From: Centroscyllium fabricii | Taxonomy: Eukaryota | Reading direction: 5' to 3' | DNA: 64,000 bases | NCBI GenBank assembly: GCA_051313645.2 | Contig: JBNRSN020000005.1 | Location: forward strand, 111,724,001-111,788,000 | Shown: in pieces, positions 1 to 11,760 of the stretch | Position numbering within the stretch: position 1 is the stretch's first letter | Layout: each line of letters starts with the position of its first letter | The notes under the pieces: model-generated | Told to the model about the DNA's origin: nothing | Seen by the model: only the letters and a program-made list of their open reading frames with translations | Databases searched by the model: none | Position numbers and translations under genes: made by a program

Positions 1-108
1 CTTTGAATGGTGCGTGCATGCGCACTGACCGACTTCATTCTGCCAGTTTTTTCACTTTCCTGGCACGGGCCTGGTCCCACCCGTGCCGGATTTCCGGTGC
101 TCAACCTG
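1..108. mobile_element. Right end of a Tigger/pogo-like (Tc1-mariner) MITE, truncated by the window edge
   Basis: Ends in CCGGTGCTCAACCTG followed by TA; 1-108 is the near reverse complement of 36512-36620. Confidence 0.7.
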
Positions 109-611
109 TACTGGTTGAAAGGTAGAATAGAGCCGTGGGATCTTTTGTAAACTCTCCTCAAAAAGGCAGCACCTCGCATAATACAGTAATCAAAAGTACC
201 ATAAAGCAAGGTTGTTCTCCTTTTAGTGTGGAGGCCAGATCTACATGTTCGATTACAAATGAATGCCATTTATATGTACATTCAAGGCTCATGTTAGCTT
301 GTCATCTGTACATCACTTTCCATTTTACTCTCCCCTTCCTGTCCAGTCTTGCCACCACACATTTGCTGTGATCTGGCACATCTACTTGTCTCTACCCCGG
401 TCACTTAAAGTTTGAATGCTTGGGAACCTCTGCTCTTTGAACCTCCTGGTCATGGAGGATTGGGGGAAGGCTGCTCTACTTATTGGCCTAAATCTACTCA
501 TTTTTACTTAACATTTTTGAGTTTATTGTTTGTGCCCCTTTAAAAGGGGAGTACTTTATTTCTGGTTGATTGTTATCCTAATTGGCAATTAAGTGTGGAG
601 TTGCGCACATT

Positions 612-1565
612 GGGCCAGAAATTCCGCTCGACCCGTTTCGTGGGCATCGTTTCCGTTACGTTGCCCACGGGAGACGTCCCGTTTTTGCGCTTGAAAATTC
701 CGATACTGATTACCTTCGTGGGCATCGTTTCTGCTCAGCCAGTTTTGGTGGGCAACGTTTCTGCTTGCTTGCTGCAGCAAGCCCCGCCCTCTGAGGGCTA
801 ATTTAAATGCACACGCCCCCTGATCAAAGTACAGAAAGTGCTGCAGAGAACTGCAACCATTTTATTCAGCAGCAGAGTTTGGTAAATGTGCTTGCTTTTC
901 TGCTGATTCAAACAATTTGGTTAAAAAAATGGTAAAAACGCGATTTTCAAAAAAAATTCTAAACCATAACACTCACTCACAACTTTTACTAAACACCACT
1001 CAAACATCAAAACTGAAATTATTTTGCTGGAACTTAACTTTTAGCAAAGCAAGCCTTAACAGAAACCTTTCAGCACTCCACCAACTAAAATGAAAAACGC
1101 ATTTCTCAGTTATCTGAGACTGAAATCCCCAAAAAAATACTTTCAGCAGTGAGGGATTAGAAGGTACTTAATTTGGTTTGAAAAAACCCCACCATTTTTG
1201 GTTTAAAAAAAACAGGGGGAAAACACTTAAAAACGTGATTTTCGAATTTTTCTCTAAAACGTTCACACTCACTCACAACTTTTACTAAACACCACTCAAA
1301 CATCAAAACTGAAATTAATTTGCTAGAACTTACCTTTTCACGCTGAAACAGTCCTTTCACCGTTCCACACAAGCAGTTACTGCAGCTTTTTTGGAGGGCA
1401 TCTGAAGGCAACGTTGCCCACAGAATCACGGAAAAAAATGACCCTATTCAATCGGAATTTTTGGGTGCAACTCATTCCTGGGTATTATGCTGAGGGCCCT
1501 TCTCCCTCAGCATTGGAAATTTCGGATCCGTGGGCATCTGCTTTAGGCATCGGAATTTCTGGCCC
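612..1565. mobile_element. Harbinger/PHIS-like non-autonomous MITE (copy A)
   Basis: TIRs GGGCCAGAAATTCCG / CGGAATTTCTGGCCC; CpG-rich ends, AT-rich core with an internal direct repeat (~920-1080 vs ~1195-1365); right ~160 bp nearly identical to the right end of 55563-56399. Confidence 0.75.
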
Positions 1566-1865
1566 GTGGTAGCGGGGGGGGAAAAGGAACTGACAAACGC
1601 CTTGATTGTGGGCTGAATGGAATTCGGTGCATCTGCCCAGCAGCGTCATCTTTCAAAGGTCTCTTCAGCTATCATTTGAATGGCTGGCTTGAGGTCATAG
1701 TAATGAAGCTGCATCTTATTCCACGGACCCAAGCTGCCCAAAATTGTCTCACGATTTATTGACAAGATTTCAGCCTTTCTGACTAAATGTCATTTATTAT
1801 CTATTTATTTAATTTCAGTAAGATGAGACTGCTTTAGTTAAACCTTCCTTTTGCTTTTAATGTAG

Positions 1866-1951
1866 GTATTCCCCCTGATCAGCAGCGATTGATCTTTGCT
1901 GGGAAACAGTTGGAGGATGGCCGTACACTCTCTGATTACAACATCCAGAAG
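1866..1951 (+). CDS. rps27a: Ubiquitin-40S ribosomal protein S27a, internal coding exon (ubiquitin moiety); earlier exons lie upstream of the window
   Basis: ag|GT ATT CCC ... CAG AAG|gt; encodes (G)[28 protein letters not shown], identical to ubiquitin; 86 bp. Confidence 0.97.
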
Positions 1952-2084
1952 GTATATTCACTTATTTATGTTGTGCTTGAATACATCTGTGAACTTGCAG
2001 GTAGTCTACTGCACTTGATTCCTAAATTGATGCTTTATGCACCAGAACAAATGGCAGTTTCCACTTCCTACTTTGAGAAAGTAA

Positions 2085-2261
<177 letters not shown>

Positions 2262-2373
2262 TGACATTCCCCTCGGTGTTAAATTGGTAGGAAGCCTGCT
2301 TTTCTTAGAGACACATCTTATCATTTAAGTCCTTGCTCAAAAGTCATAACAGCACCCCTGTTTCCAGCATATG

Positions 2374-2960
2374 AATGCAAGAAGTATCACAACACCAGGT
2401 TATAGTCCCAACAGTTTATTATTTTAAATCACAAGCTTTCGGAGCGTCTGCCCCTTCGTCGGGTGAAAGAGAAGCTGACTTAAAGAACGCACATGTGGGA
2501 GGAAGAGAGAAATCTGATCTCCCACATCTCACCTGAGCAGAGATAGACAGCACACAAAGGCATATTAACATATTTTAACACATCAGTCTGAGATCAATGA
2601 GGCACAGTCACAAGGGGTCAAATGCTGCAAAACACACAATGATTTAAAAAAAAAAAGGAATTTCCATACAAAACAAAGATGTCTCTGGTCCGGGTGACTA
2701 CGTCAGGCAGGGTCACATGTAGCGTGACATGAAGCCAATATCACGGTTGAGACCGTCCTCATGGGTGCGGAATTTGGCTATCAGCCTCTGCTCGGCAATT
2801 TTGCGTTGTCGTGTGTCTCGAAGGCCGCCTTGGAGAATGCTTACCCGAAGATCGGAGGCTGAATGTCCTTCACTGCTGAAATGTTCCCCGACTGGGAGGG
2901 AACACTCCTGCCTGGCAATTGTTGTGCGGTGTCCGTTCATCCGTTGTCGAAGGCTGGTGT
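2374..2960 (-). mobile_element. Penelope-like element, 3' part (GIY-YIG C-terminus plus pLTR with degenerate hammerhead)
   Basis: ORF 2713-2985 ends SLRQRMNGHR...VGEHF...AEQRLIAKFRTHEDGLNRD, typical of the PLE endonuclease end; pLTR shared with 9331-9561 and 13965-14787; hammerhead core mutated (CCGACGA). Confidence 0.85.
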
Positions 2961-3161
2961 ATTTTTTCTCCCAGGTGCTGAGCACTATGTATACAGAGAA
3001 AAAGTTCAGTCTTTTTTAAAGGCCCATCACTATTGTATTGGAATCCAAAATATGGTGCTTGGTTCCATGTTGCTGTGGAAGGAAAAAGTGGCAGTCTTAA
3101 TCTCTGCACGCTATGCAGAATTAGTAGAAGCCTTAATAGTTGGCTGCCTTCTTTGTTAATA

Positions 3162-3914
3162 CAGGTGCACAATCCTTTATCCGAAAATCTCGGGACCAGG
3201 TGGGTCTCGGTTTTAGGATAATTTTGTTTTTTAGAGTTGGCCCAGATCGCATGCGCATTGCCGTGTTTGCAGCCCAGTTCGCAGTCTGAATATATACGAA
3301 ATATCCACGAAAATAACTTTACCAAACATGACATTTATCAACGTAATGTACAACGACGGTCCCTTTTCAATTAGTTTTAAACAAAGCACGGAATCGTAGA
3401 GTTATGTACTGATTCTCCCGCGGGCCCGGGAATATAGACAATTAATTCGGAGGAATATCCGTGTCGTACCTTGGTGGAAAGATTACACAAGTGAAACCGC
3501 GGGTTGTGGTGAGCAGGACCGGTGACGCGGGCCGCGTAGCTGGGACAATCGTCGCCAGGGAGACGTATAGCCTCGGCGCGAGTGCGCGCGCTCTACAAGG
3601 GGGAACGGCATATCGGCCATTTGGAACAGGAGATCGGCTGTTTTTTCCTGCTGTGGAGGTGCCAGTGTTGGACTGGGGTGGACAAATGCAAGACGTCACA
3701 CAACACCAGGTTATAGTCCCAACAGTTTTATTTGAAATCACAAGTTTTCGGAGCGTTGCCCCTTCCTCAGCACGGCATCAACAGCACGAAATCAAGGTTA
3801 AAAACATTTTTTCTGCTGCAGCTGGTCCTTCAATTTATTGAAGAAAAGAATGGTTATTTTGGCGCAACCCTGGACTTCGGTTTTTGGAATTGCGGATAAA
3901 GGATTGTGTACCTG
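3162..3914. mobile_element. Tigger/pogo-like MITE
   Basis: TIRs CAGGTGCACAATCCTTTATCCG / CGGATAAAGGATTGTGTACCTG, TA on both sides; interrupted by a Penelope pLTR fragment. Confidence 0.8.
3652..3766 (-). mobile_element. Penelope pLTR fragment nested in the MITE
   Basis: GTGGAGGTGCCAGTGTTGGACTGGGGTGGACAAATGCAAG... matches 9340-9450 and 13965-14080. Confidence 0.8.
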
Positions 3915-4147
3915 TACAAATGAAAATGGTAGTGAAATATAGAACAATTCCCCATCCAACTTTTTTTTTAAACCAGTGTTTTAAAATGCCCCCAGTGAGT
4001 TCAATTTAATTGCTGTGCAGCACTCCCTCTGCATTGCAGCATCTGAAATATACCCTTCTACAGTGTTGCCTTTCCATTTCTGATGCTTTTGGCCAACCTG
4101 ACTTCAATTGCACATTTGGAGCTGTTTTATGCTGAGGGGCTGTGCTT

Positions 4148-4248
4148 AACAACTTAGTGCATTTAATGTAGCAAACATCCCAAGGCACTTAAGAGCAATT
4201 GGACACTGAGCCACAAAAGGAGATATCTGGGCAGGTGACCAAAAGCTT
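4148..4248 (-). mobile_element. L2-type LINE 3' tail remnant
   Basis: Reverse-complement similarity to the L2 tail at ~52840-52978. Confidence 0.5.
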
Positions 4249-4517
4249 ATTGGGAGGATTGGATGGTCCAAATTTGATTTTGGCACTCTTGTAGCTACTG
4301 GAGACAAATCGGTTAATCTCATTGAATTCAAAAACCCTATTGTAGCACTCTACTTGTACAGCAAGGAGTCCTGTGAATACTGGACCCATGCTCAGTAGGG
4401 GTGCTTTTGTGCTGCAAGATCCTTCGTCCCATCTCCCTTTCACTTTTTTGTCCAGTTTTATTACAGGACTGAGATTTTTGACCAAGCTGAAACTAAGCAC
4501 TTTGTTTTTACTTTTAG

Positions 4518-4667
4518 GTTGATGAATATGGGAAAATCTATCGTCTACGGCGTGAGTGTCCTTCTGAGGAGTGTGGTGCCGGGGTGTTCATGGCCAGTCA
4601 CTTCAACAGGCAATACTGTGGGAAGTGCTGTCTGACCTACTGCTTCAACAAGGCCGAAGATGCATAA
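4518..4667 (+). CDS. rps27a: Ubiquitin-40S ribosomal protein S27a, last coding exon (C4 zinc finger)
   Basis: ag|GTT GAT GAA ... GAT GCA TAA; encodes [49 protein letters not shown]. Confidence 0.97.
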   Translation, partial: VDEYGKIYRLRRECPSEECGAGVFMASHFNRQYCGKCCLTYCFNKAEDA

Positions 4668-4680
4668 TTATATACATTTG

Positions 4681-4703
4681 AATAAACTTTGATGGAAAAT
4701 AAA
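4681..4703 (+). terminator. Two AATAAA polyadenylation signals of rps27a
   Basis: AATAAA at 4681-4686 and 4698-4703 just after the stop codon, followed by GT/T-rich sequence. Confidence 0.8.
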
Positions 4704-4978
4704 TGGTGTTGAACTCTTTCAATTCTGTGTTTTTCCCTTTTGAAGGAGCTGACTTGTTCTGGGGTGGTATGCCATAGAAAATTCCACGGGTAGTAGCAGG
4801 CTTACAGTATCTTGCCCAAGTGGCCATGCTTGATTTAAGTCTACAAAGTCTGTTGCTCCCCTGGCTGAGATGAGCTCATTCAGCATAGACTATAAATGTG
4901 TAACCTTGTGTACATTGCGTAATGCCACACTGTGCCTTTAACCAGTTTTCTTTTGGAGGATTGCTAGAAATGCTACTG

Positions 4979-5227
4979 CAGGTTGAGCACCGGTGGTCCG
5001 GCACGAATGGAAACCGGCGGTCTTCATTTTGCAGAGCAGCTGCTCGGCACCACCGTTTCCCGCGAAGGGTGGGCGAGCACCGATGGCGTCGGGCGTTTGG
5101 GTTGCTGCTTTTTTAGGTCCTTTGTGTTCTACCTGCGCGCCCCCCCTGACCCTTCAGTGGTTTGGAATTTTCAATGGTCCGGCACCGGCCTGGTCCCGAG
5201 GGTGCCGGATTACCATTGCTCAACCTG
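4979..5227. mobile_element. Short Tigger-like MITE
   Basis: TIRs CAGGTTGAGCA...TCCGGCAC / GTGCCGGA...TGCTCAACCTG; right flank TA, left flank TG. Confidence 0.7.
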
Positions 5228-5606
5228 TAGTTCAAATGGGGTGGATACAGTTTTGCTTTCACTTCATTACAAGGTTAATGACCTTGAGCATCGTTTTAGA
5301 TCAACAAAATGCCCTAAACTAAGTGCACGTAGGCTAGATTCCCTAATGCCACTAATTTATCTGCATATTGGCTAGTTTAACCTGCATGTGTTCTTGATTG
5401 TTTTTAAAGGCAGTTTTAGGAAAGCAGAGTTTGTGTAATTCATAAATTTCAGCCCTATTCTTTACTTGATGATAAAACTGCTACTGGTTATTAACTGCTA
5501 TGGGTGATTAATCTACCAATTGAATTTGTTACCTATCCTGAAAAGCCTGAAGTGTATTGTTTAGGCTGGTTTTAAAATGGAAATGGGAGGAAAACATAAA
5601 GATCCC

Positions 5607-5720
5607 ATAATAATAATTCAACTTTATTGTCATTATACAATGTACAAGTACATGAACAACGAAATGTGATCTTGCAAGCTCCCAAGAGTCCAGCAAAGCC
5701 GCTGCGTCTGTGCGCGCCGC
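5607..5720 (-). mobile_element. 5'-truncated copy of the 5S-derived SINE, inserted in a DeuSINE remnant
   Basis: Near-identical to ~40700-40810; flanks rejoin as AAAGATCCCATGG...CAGGGAGTTCT (Deu-domain-like) with CAT duplicated. Confidence 0.8.
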
Positions 5721-6654
5721 ATGGTATTTTCAAGAGCCAGGGAGTTCTTCTGGTATTCTTGCCAAGATTCTTTTAACCAGCAGCATTGTTCATTACTGTG
5801 CACAAACTAGTTGCTGTTTTTGCCTGTAGTTCAAAATACGTGTACAGGGTATTTACATGCAAAACATTTGAGACATAACCAGGTGCTATGTAAAATGCAA
5901 GTCCTTTCAGCAAGTAGATAGAGGCTTTTCTCAACTGACCCGATTTGAACAAAGAGACCAGTTTTACTTGCATTAATGGCTGTAAAACTGGGAAGCATAG
6001 CCTGTCTATGTATAATCAAAATTGGTGCATTTGTTGCATCTTTCATTGAAAGTCCTATATAAACATCTCCCTATGGACGGCACCTGCTCCATGTACCTGT
6101 AACTATATTCCTTGTGACGCCTGTAGACTGCTTTCTAAGGGGGCTTCCTATGTGAATCTCCAGTGCAGTGTAACCTGAACCTGTCTCAGACAAATACCGG
6201 GGTGGGGGGAGAAAAGACAGCTTTTGAGTATTCCGTACAGGATCAGGCCACCTGGTGATATTGCTGAACAATTTTTTCTGTTTGCCAATGCACCAACAGT
6301 AATGAACCATGTTGCTCTGCTATTAGAGGTAAGTAACTGGATAAGTTCTTTATTAAAAATTACATTCTTGCTCATTTGAATCTCCATCCAGACAAAAAAA
6401 GTATCCTTTACTGCCATTTGGAATGTGTGAATTGCAGTAGGTGTCTCCCAGTACTGCCATACAATGTAAATATGTCCCACTAATCACTACAAATGGCAAC
6501 TGCAGCATCAGGTTATGTAAAACATGACATGCTCTGCCTGTCTCTGACTTGCAGTTTCTTTTATTGATTCCCTGGGCTGGGCCACCTCCTGTAAATAAAT
6601 CCTATATGCATGCATTGAGCAAATGCTTAAAAGCTGAATGGTTTGTAGAAGCGA

Positions 6655-6880
6655 TCACAGGAATAGGAGTCGGCCATTTAGCCCCTTCAACCTGTTCTGC
6701 CATTCAATGAGGTGGTGGATCTGTGACTCCATATCCCTTGATCTCTTCGGTTAGCAAAAATCTATCACTCGCATTTAAAATTAACCTAGCGTCAACTGCT
6801 CTTTGCAAGAGTTCCAAAATTCTACCACCCTTTGTGTGTTGAAGTGCTTCCTAACTTCATTCTGGAGGCCTAGCTCTAAT
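6655..6880 (-). mobile_element. CR1 LINE 3' end fragment
   Basis: Decayed GGAGTCGGCCATTTAGCCCCTTCAACCTGTTCTGCCATTCAAT tail; appears to resume near 7425-7450. Confidence 0.7.
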
Positions 6881-6883
6881 AAT

Positions 6884-7411
6884 TGTTAGCCTATGTTCTG
6901 TAGTTCAGGGGGTCCACCAGAGAATGGTGGGTTTCTCGAGGCAGGAGTTATCTGGGGAAGTCCATAGCTGGGGGCGGGTCCTTGGTTGAGTTGAAGGACT
7001 GATCGCAGTCTGACTGGGCCAGAGCAACTATCCAGTGGAATGGTGTCTGGTAGATGCAGGCTGGCTGGGATGCAAAGATTCCTAGCTGTCCCGGGGCAGC
7101 TGACTGGCTTCATTCAGCTGGATGTTGGTTAGAGTCCAGGCCCTGGCTTGGTAATCCTCATGAAAGTCAGTGGAAGGGTCTGCTCTGTGGTGCTGCTGCT
7201 TCTTAGCCTGTCTGTAGGTGCTGGATAGTGTTTCCAAAATAGTCTTATTAAAGCCCAGTAACTGAAAGTGACTGCATCCCCTTACCCCCCTACAGACTGG
7301 GACAAGCTGTCTCCCCACCCCTACACACTGGGACAAACTGACCCCCCACCCCCCAATTTTTATACAGAAAAAGTACTTGTGTTATAAGGGGTCTGCAGAA
7401 CTGTTCTAACA
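6884..7411. mobile_element. Possible solo LTR or other TG...CA element inserted in the CR1 fragment
   Basis: Imperfect inverted ends TGTTAG...GTTCTGTAG / CTGCAGAAC...CTAACA; no clear TSD. Confidence 0.35.
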
Positions 7412-7454
7412 CAGGAGGGGGACCTCTGCCCTAGTCCTAGACTCCCCAACATAA

Positions 7455-8420
7455 GCTCAAGGAACAGCATCTCATCTTTCAATTAGGCACCTTTCTGCCT
7501 TCTGGACTCAACATAGAGTTCAACAATTTCAGATCATAACCTCTGCCCCTATTTTTTTCCATTTTTTTTTACACTTCATCTAGAGCCATCTTTTGTTTCT
7601 TATCTTGTACCATTACCATTCCGTTTTGCCTTGCGCCAACTCTTAATGGCCCGTATTTTCTGATCGCAGGCCTCCCGCGGGTGGATGCCTGCAATCTGGA
7701 AAAATCTGTGCCATTACCTGAGGGCTCCCGGGACACGCACACTTCCAATGCTGGGCCTCGCCAAACTCCCAAGTGCACAGGGCCCACTTATCCCAGAGGC
7801 GCAGGTAGTTTGCACCGTCTCTGGGATCATGTGGGCCATGGGGAGCCAATCACAGAAGTGAATCTCCCTTAATACATTTGACAGGAAGACCTGCCAAATA
7901 TATGAATGGCGATCAATGAAGAAACATAGTAACAATTTTTTAAACTTTGCTACTCTTATCCTGGTAAAAGCCAGCCTTACGCCTGCAGAGGCCCTTCTCT
8001 AAGGCAGCTGGAGGATCTGTCGAGACCATTCTTGACCAATTGGAAATGCTGGTTTTCATCACATGCGCTGTGCATGCCTGAAACCGACATTTCTGATGTC
8101 CCAACGGGTGGGTACACACTGTGTACCCATCCGTAGGGACCGGAATATCCAGGCCAATGTCTCTTTATCTCTGCTGCCTTCCATCCGATCACAGACCTTC
8201 CCTTTTGTTCTTTCCTCCCCCCCACCCCCCCGACCTTTCCCTGCCCCTGCACTTGCTTAAGAACCTATTCCATCTCCAGCTTTTTCCAGTTCTGATAAAG
8301 GGTCATTGACCTGAAACAATAACTGTTTCTCTTTCCACAGATGCTGCCTGACCTGAGTATTTCCATCATTTTCTGTTTTTATTTCAGATTTCCAGTATCC
8401 GCAGTATTTTGCTTTTGTAT
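7455..8420 (+). mobile_element. Second Penelope-like family, 3' end with pLTR, interrupted by MITE B
   Basis: Encodes EQHLIFQLGTFLPSGLNIEFNNFRS*; pLTR with degenerate hammerhead CTGATAAAGGGTCATTGACCTGAAAC near 8293-8318; related to 62203-62340. Confidence 0.75.
7648..8155. mobile_element. Harbinger/PHIS-like MITE (copy B)
   Basis: Ends GGCCCGTATTTTCTGATC / GACCGGAATATCCAGGCC, AAT on both sides; homologous to 40175-41206 in the opposite orientation. Confidence 0.75.
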
Positions 8421-8436
8421 GGAAATGTTCCAATAT

Positions 8437-8972
8437 TCAAGGTAATTTTATTGCCATGTGTAACTCGTACAATGGAATGCTTACTCCCCATTCACTCCCA
8501 CAATATAAGTATAAGTGTAGAAAAGCAAAAAAGTTTTTAAAAAGTATAAATATAGAAAAAATAATAAGCAGCAAATAAACAAATAAGTAACGAGTGCGGT
8601 TAGCAGTTAAGTAGGCGCACTGCCTGTGGGTAGAAACTGTTTTTGAACCTGCTGGTCCTGGTTCGGATGCTGCAGTACCGACAGCCGGACCGCAGGAGGG
8701 AGAACAGATCGTGCCCAGGGTGATTGGGGTCCTTGATGATGGAGCGGGCCTTGTTCCGACATCTGGTCTGGAAGATCTCGATGGATGGAAGTGCACACCC
8801 GATGATTTTTTCTGCTGTCCTCGCGACCCTCTGAATGGTTTTCCTGTCCTGAGCAGTGGTGTTGCTATGCCACACAGTGATGCCACCCGGCCAGACGCTC
8901 GCTATGGTGCCGCGGTAAAAGTTCACAAGCCACTGTGTGCTTATGCTGCATTTCCTCAGGCACCGTAGATGG
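8437..8972 (-). mobile_element. Rex1/Babar LINE 3' end
   Basis: ORF 8600-8926 ...FYRGTIAS...ITVW...QRVARTAEKIIG...RFKNSFYPQAVRLLN, the characteristic Rex1 RT C-terminus; tail GGCAATAAA...TTGAA. Confidence 0.85.
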
Positions 8973-8974
8973 TA

Positions 8975-9289
8975 GAATCATAGAATCATAGAAGATAGGA
9001 GCAGGAGTAGGCCATTCAGCCCTTCGAGCCTGCTCCGCCATTCGATGAGATCATGGCTGATCTTTAGCAAGCTAGTACCCCGTCCCCGCCTTTTCTCCAT
9101 AACCCTTAATCCCTTTAGCTTGAAGAAATACATCCAATTCCCTCTTGAATATGTTTAATGAACTGGCCTCCACCGCCCTCTGGCAGGAAATTCCACAGGC
9201 CCACCACTCTCTGAGTGAAGAAATTCCTCCTCATGTCTGTCCTAAATGGTTTACCCCTTATCCTTAGACTGTGGCCCCTGGTTCTGGAG
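8975..9289 (-). mobile_element. CR1 (HER1-like) LINE 3' end
   Basis: (ATTCTATG)n tail on - strand and conserved 3' UTR shared with the other CR1 copies. Confidence 0.85.
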
Positions 9290-9330
9290 GCGCTGGTGTG
9301 CCTTTTTCAGCATTGCCTTGGTGTTTGGAG

Positions 9331-9561
9331 CCATAATGTAGAGGTGCCGGTGTTGGACTGGGGTGGACAAATGCAAGAAGTCACACAACACCAGATTATA
9401 GTCCAACGGTTTTATTTTAAATCACAAGCTTTCGGAGCTTTTGCCCCTTCGTCAGGTGAATGAGAACTCATTCACCTGACGAAGGGGCAAAAGCTCCGAA
9501 AGCTTGTGATTTAAAATAAAACCGTTGGACTATAATCTGGTGTTGTGTGACTTCTTGCATT
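9331..9561. mobile_element. Penelope pLTR inverted pair forming a perfect hairpin
   Basis: Arms 9370-9464 and 9467-9561 are reverse complements around a 2-nt loop; TTGGTGTTTGGAG duplicated at 9318-9330 and 9560-9572. Confidence 0.85.
9472..9509 (+). ncRNA. Minimal type I hammerhead ribozyme motif (mirror copy on - strand at 9422-9459)
   Basis: TCAC-CTGACGA-AGGGGC AAAA GCTCC-GAAA-GC-TT-GTGA: CUGANGA and GAAA boxes, stem II, 4-bp stem I, palindromic vestigial stem III as in PLE hammerheads. Confidence 0.7.
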
Positions 9562-10467
9562 GGTGTTTGGAGGAGGGAGACCGGCCGTTTGGAGGAGGAG
9601 ATCGGACGTTTTTTTCCTCAGCATGGCATCAACAGCACGAGATCGGGGTAGGAATGTGTTTTTTCTGCTGCAGCTTAAATAATTTTTTTCTTAAATAAAT
9701 TGATGAAAAACTTCGGTTTTTGGAGCGCTTCGGTTTTTGGAGCTGCGGATAAGGGATTGTGTACCTGTAGTTCCAAATTGGCTGTACAGTGTTGTGAAAG
9801 TACCTGGACATCTGTACACCATTTTGTTGTTGATCAGGCAGCAGACATCCATTTGGTATGTCAGTGTTTTCCTGCTGCTTCCATCACATTGTTGCTACCC
9901 TATCATTCTAGAACCACTTTCCTCCTTCAAACTAACCTGTGGGCAATATCATAGATTTACTATTACTATATTAAATTCGGTATGCCTCATTTGCTCCAAC
10001 AAGGTGTCAACTCAAATTTCTAACATTTAACTTTAAAATATTTCCTATGATTAAATATGCCTTTCCTCATTTTTAATTTGATTTAAAAAAAATACAAATT
10101 GAACATTAAAATCAAATAAAGCCTCTGAGGTAATGAGGACAACAGGCTGAGGGGGCCTCTGGCCTCTTGAGATTGGGAAGAGTGAGTAGGAATGAATGGA
10201 GGATTAAGGGTGAGGTGACAGCAGAAGGAAGGATACAGATGTTGAGCAGGTAGCTCAAGGGGGATTAAGTAAGGCTCGTGATGGAACAAGGTTGAGTAAG
10301 AAGGGGGGGCAGTGAGAATTTGGAGAGGTATGAGATGCTATTGAAGTGAGGGTGAAGTACAAGTGATGGGTTTAAGGTGTTGGGGAAAGGAGAGAGGATG
10401 GAGAGAAATGGTTATGCAGAGAAAGCAGGACAAAAACAGCAATAAAGACGAGCGGGAGAGACAATAG

Positions 10468-11760
10468 AGTCATAACAGCACAGGAGGCCATTCAGCCCAT
10501 CGAGTCCATGCCGGCTCTCTGTAGAGAAATCCAGTCAGTCTCATTTCCCCCATTCTATCCCCATAGCCCTGCAAGTTTATTTCCTTCAAGTGCCTATCCA
10601 GACTTCCCTTGAAAACATTGTGTATCTGCCCTCCTGCACCATCTCCAGCCACGCATTCATCTATTCTATCCTTCTATTCCTGTACTAACACGTGGCACCG
10701 GGAGTAATCTGGAGATTACTACCTTTTGAGGGCCTGCTTTTTAATCTCTTTCCTAGTTGCCTAGTCTGCCTGCAGGACCTCATCCCTCTTTCTGCCTATG
10801 TCATTGGTACCGATATGGACAATGACCTCTGGCTGTTTACCCTCCCCCCCTCAGAATGTTCTGCAGCTGCTCAGTGACATCCTTGACCCTGGCACCAGGG
10901 AGGCAACATACTATCCTGGAGTCACGTCTGAGTCCACAGAAATGCCTATCTGTTCCCCTAACCAATGAATCCCCTATCACTGTTGCTCTCCACTCTTCTT
11001 TCTCCCCTCCCTGTGCAGCTGAGCCACCCGTGGTGCCATGGCCTTGGCTCTGGCTGCTCTCCCCAGAGGAGACATCACCCCCACCAGTTTCCAGAACTGT
11101 GAACCGGTTAGCGAGCGAGATGCACTCTAGGGATTCCTGCCCTACCTGCCTGGTCCTCCTTCACTGTCTGGCGGTCACCCATTCCCTCTCTGCCTGCACA
11201 TTGAGGCTGTGGGGTGACCACTTCTCGAATCCTGCTTTCCAAGTATTTCTCAGCCTCGCGGATGCACTGTAGTGACTTCAGCTGCTGCTCAAGCTCTGAA
11301 ACCCGCAGCTCGCATTGCTGCAGTTGGTGACACTTCCTGCACACGTGGTCGTCCAGGCCGTAGAAGCGACCAGGATATCCCACATGGCACAGGATATCCA
11401 AATCACAGGAGTCGGCTGCCCTGCTATGCCTCTATTTGCTAGACTTTGGAGGTAATTTAACAGAAATAAACTCAACAAGGAACACTCAACAGCTACCCAC
11501 CAATCAGCACCTCACTCTATCAGTTAGGCTATGAACAACTTAGCAGAAACATACTCAAACAGGACAAAACAAAACTTACCACAAATACCTCAGCAACCTT
11601 GTGCCAGCTACACCTTTGAATTCTGACGTCGCTCCTTCGTTGTGTCACTTGCCGACTGTCTCCCTTGCAGGTAGTTCACTCCTGCTCTTTCTAAAGTACT
11701 CTGGCTCTCCGCTCTCGCTCTGTTTAAAGTACTCTTCCGCTCCCGCGCTGTTTACCCATA
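10468..11760 (-). mobile_element. CR1 fragments: a 3' end (10468-10625) and an ORF1/5' UTR region (10660-11760)
   Basis: ORF 11108-11401 HVCRKC...ELRVSELEQQLKSL (Zn finger/leucine zipper of CR1 ORF1) followed by esterase-like remnants. Confidence 0.75.

Larger units (their letters stand above)
9290..9767. mobile_element. Right part of a Tigger-like MITE related to 3162-3914, interrupted by the Penelope hairpin
   Basis: 9595-9767 aligns with 3628-3914 minus the pLTR insert; ends GGATTGTGTACCTG followed by TA. Confidence 0.65.
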
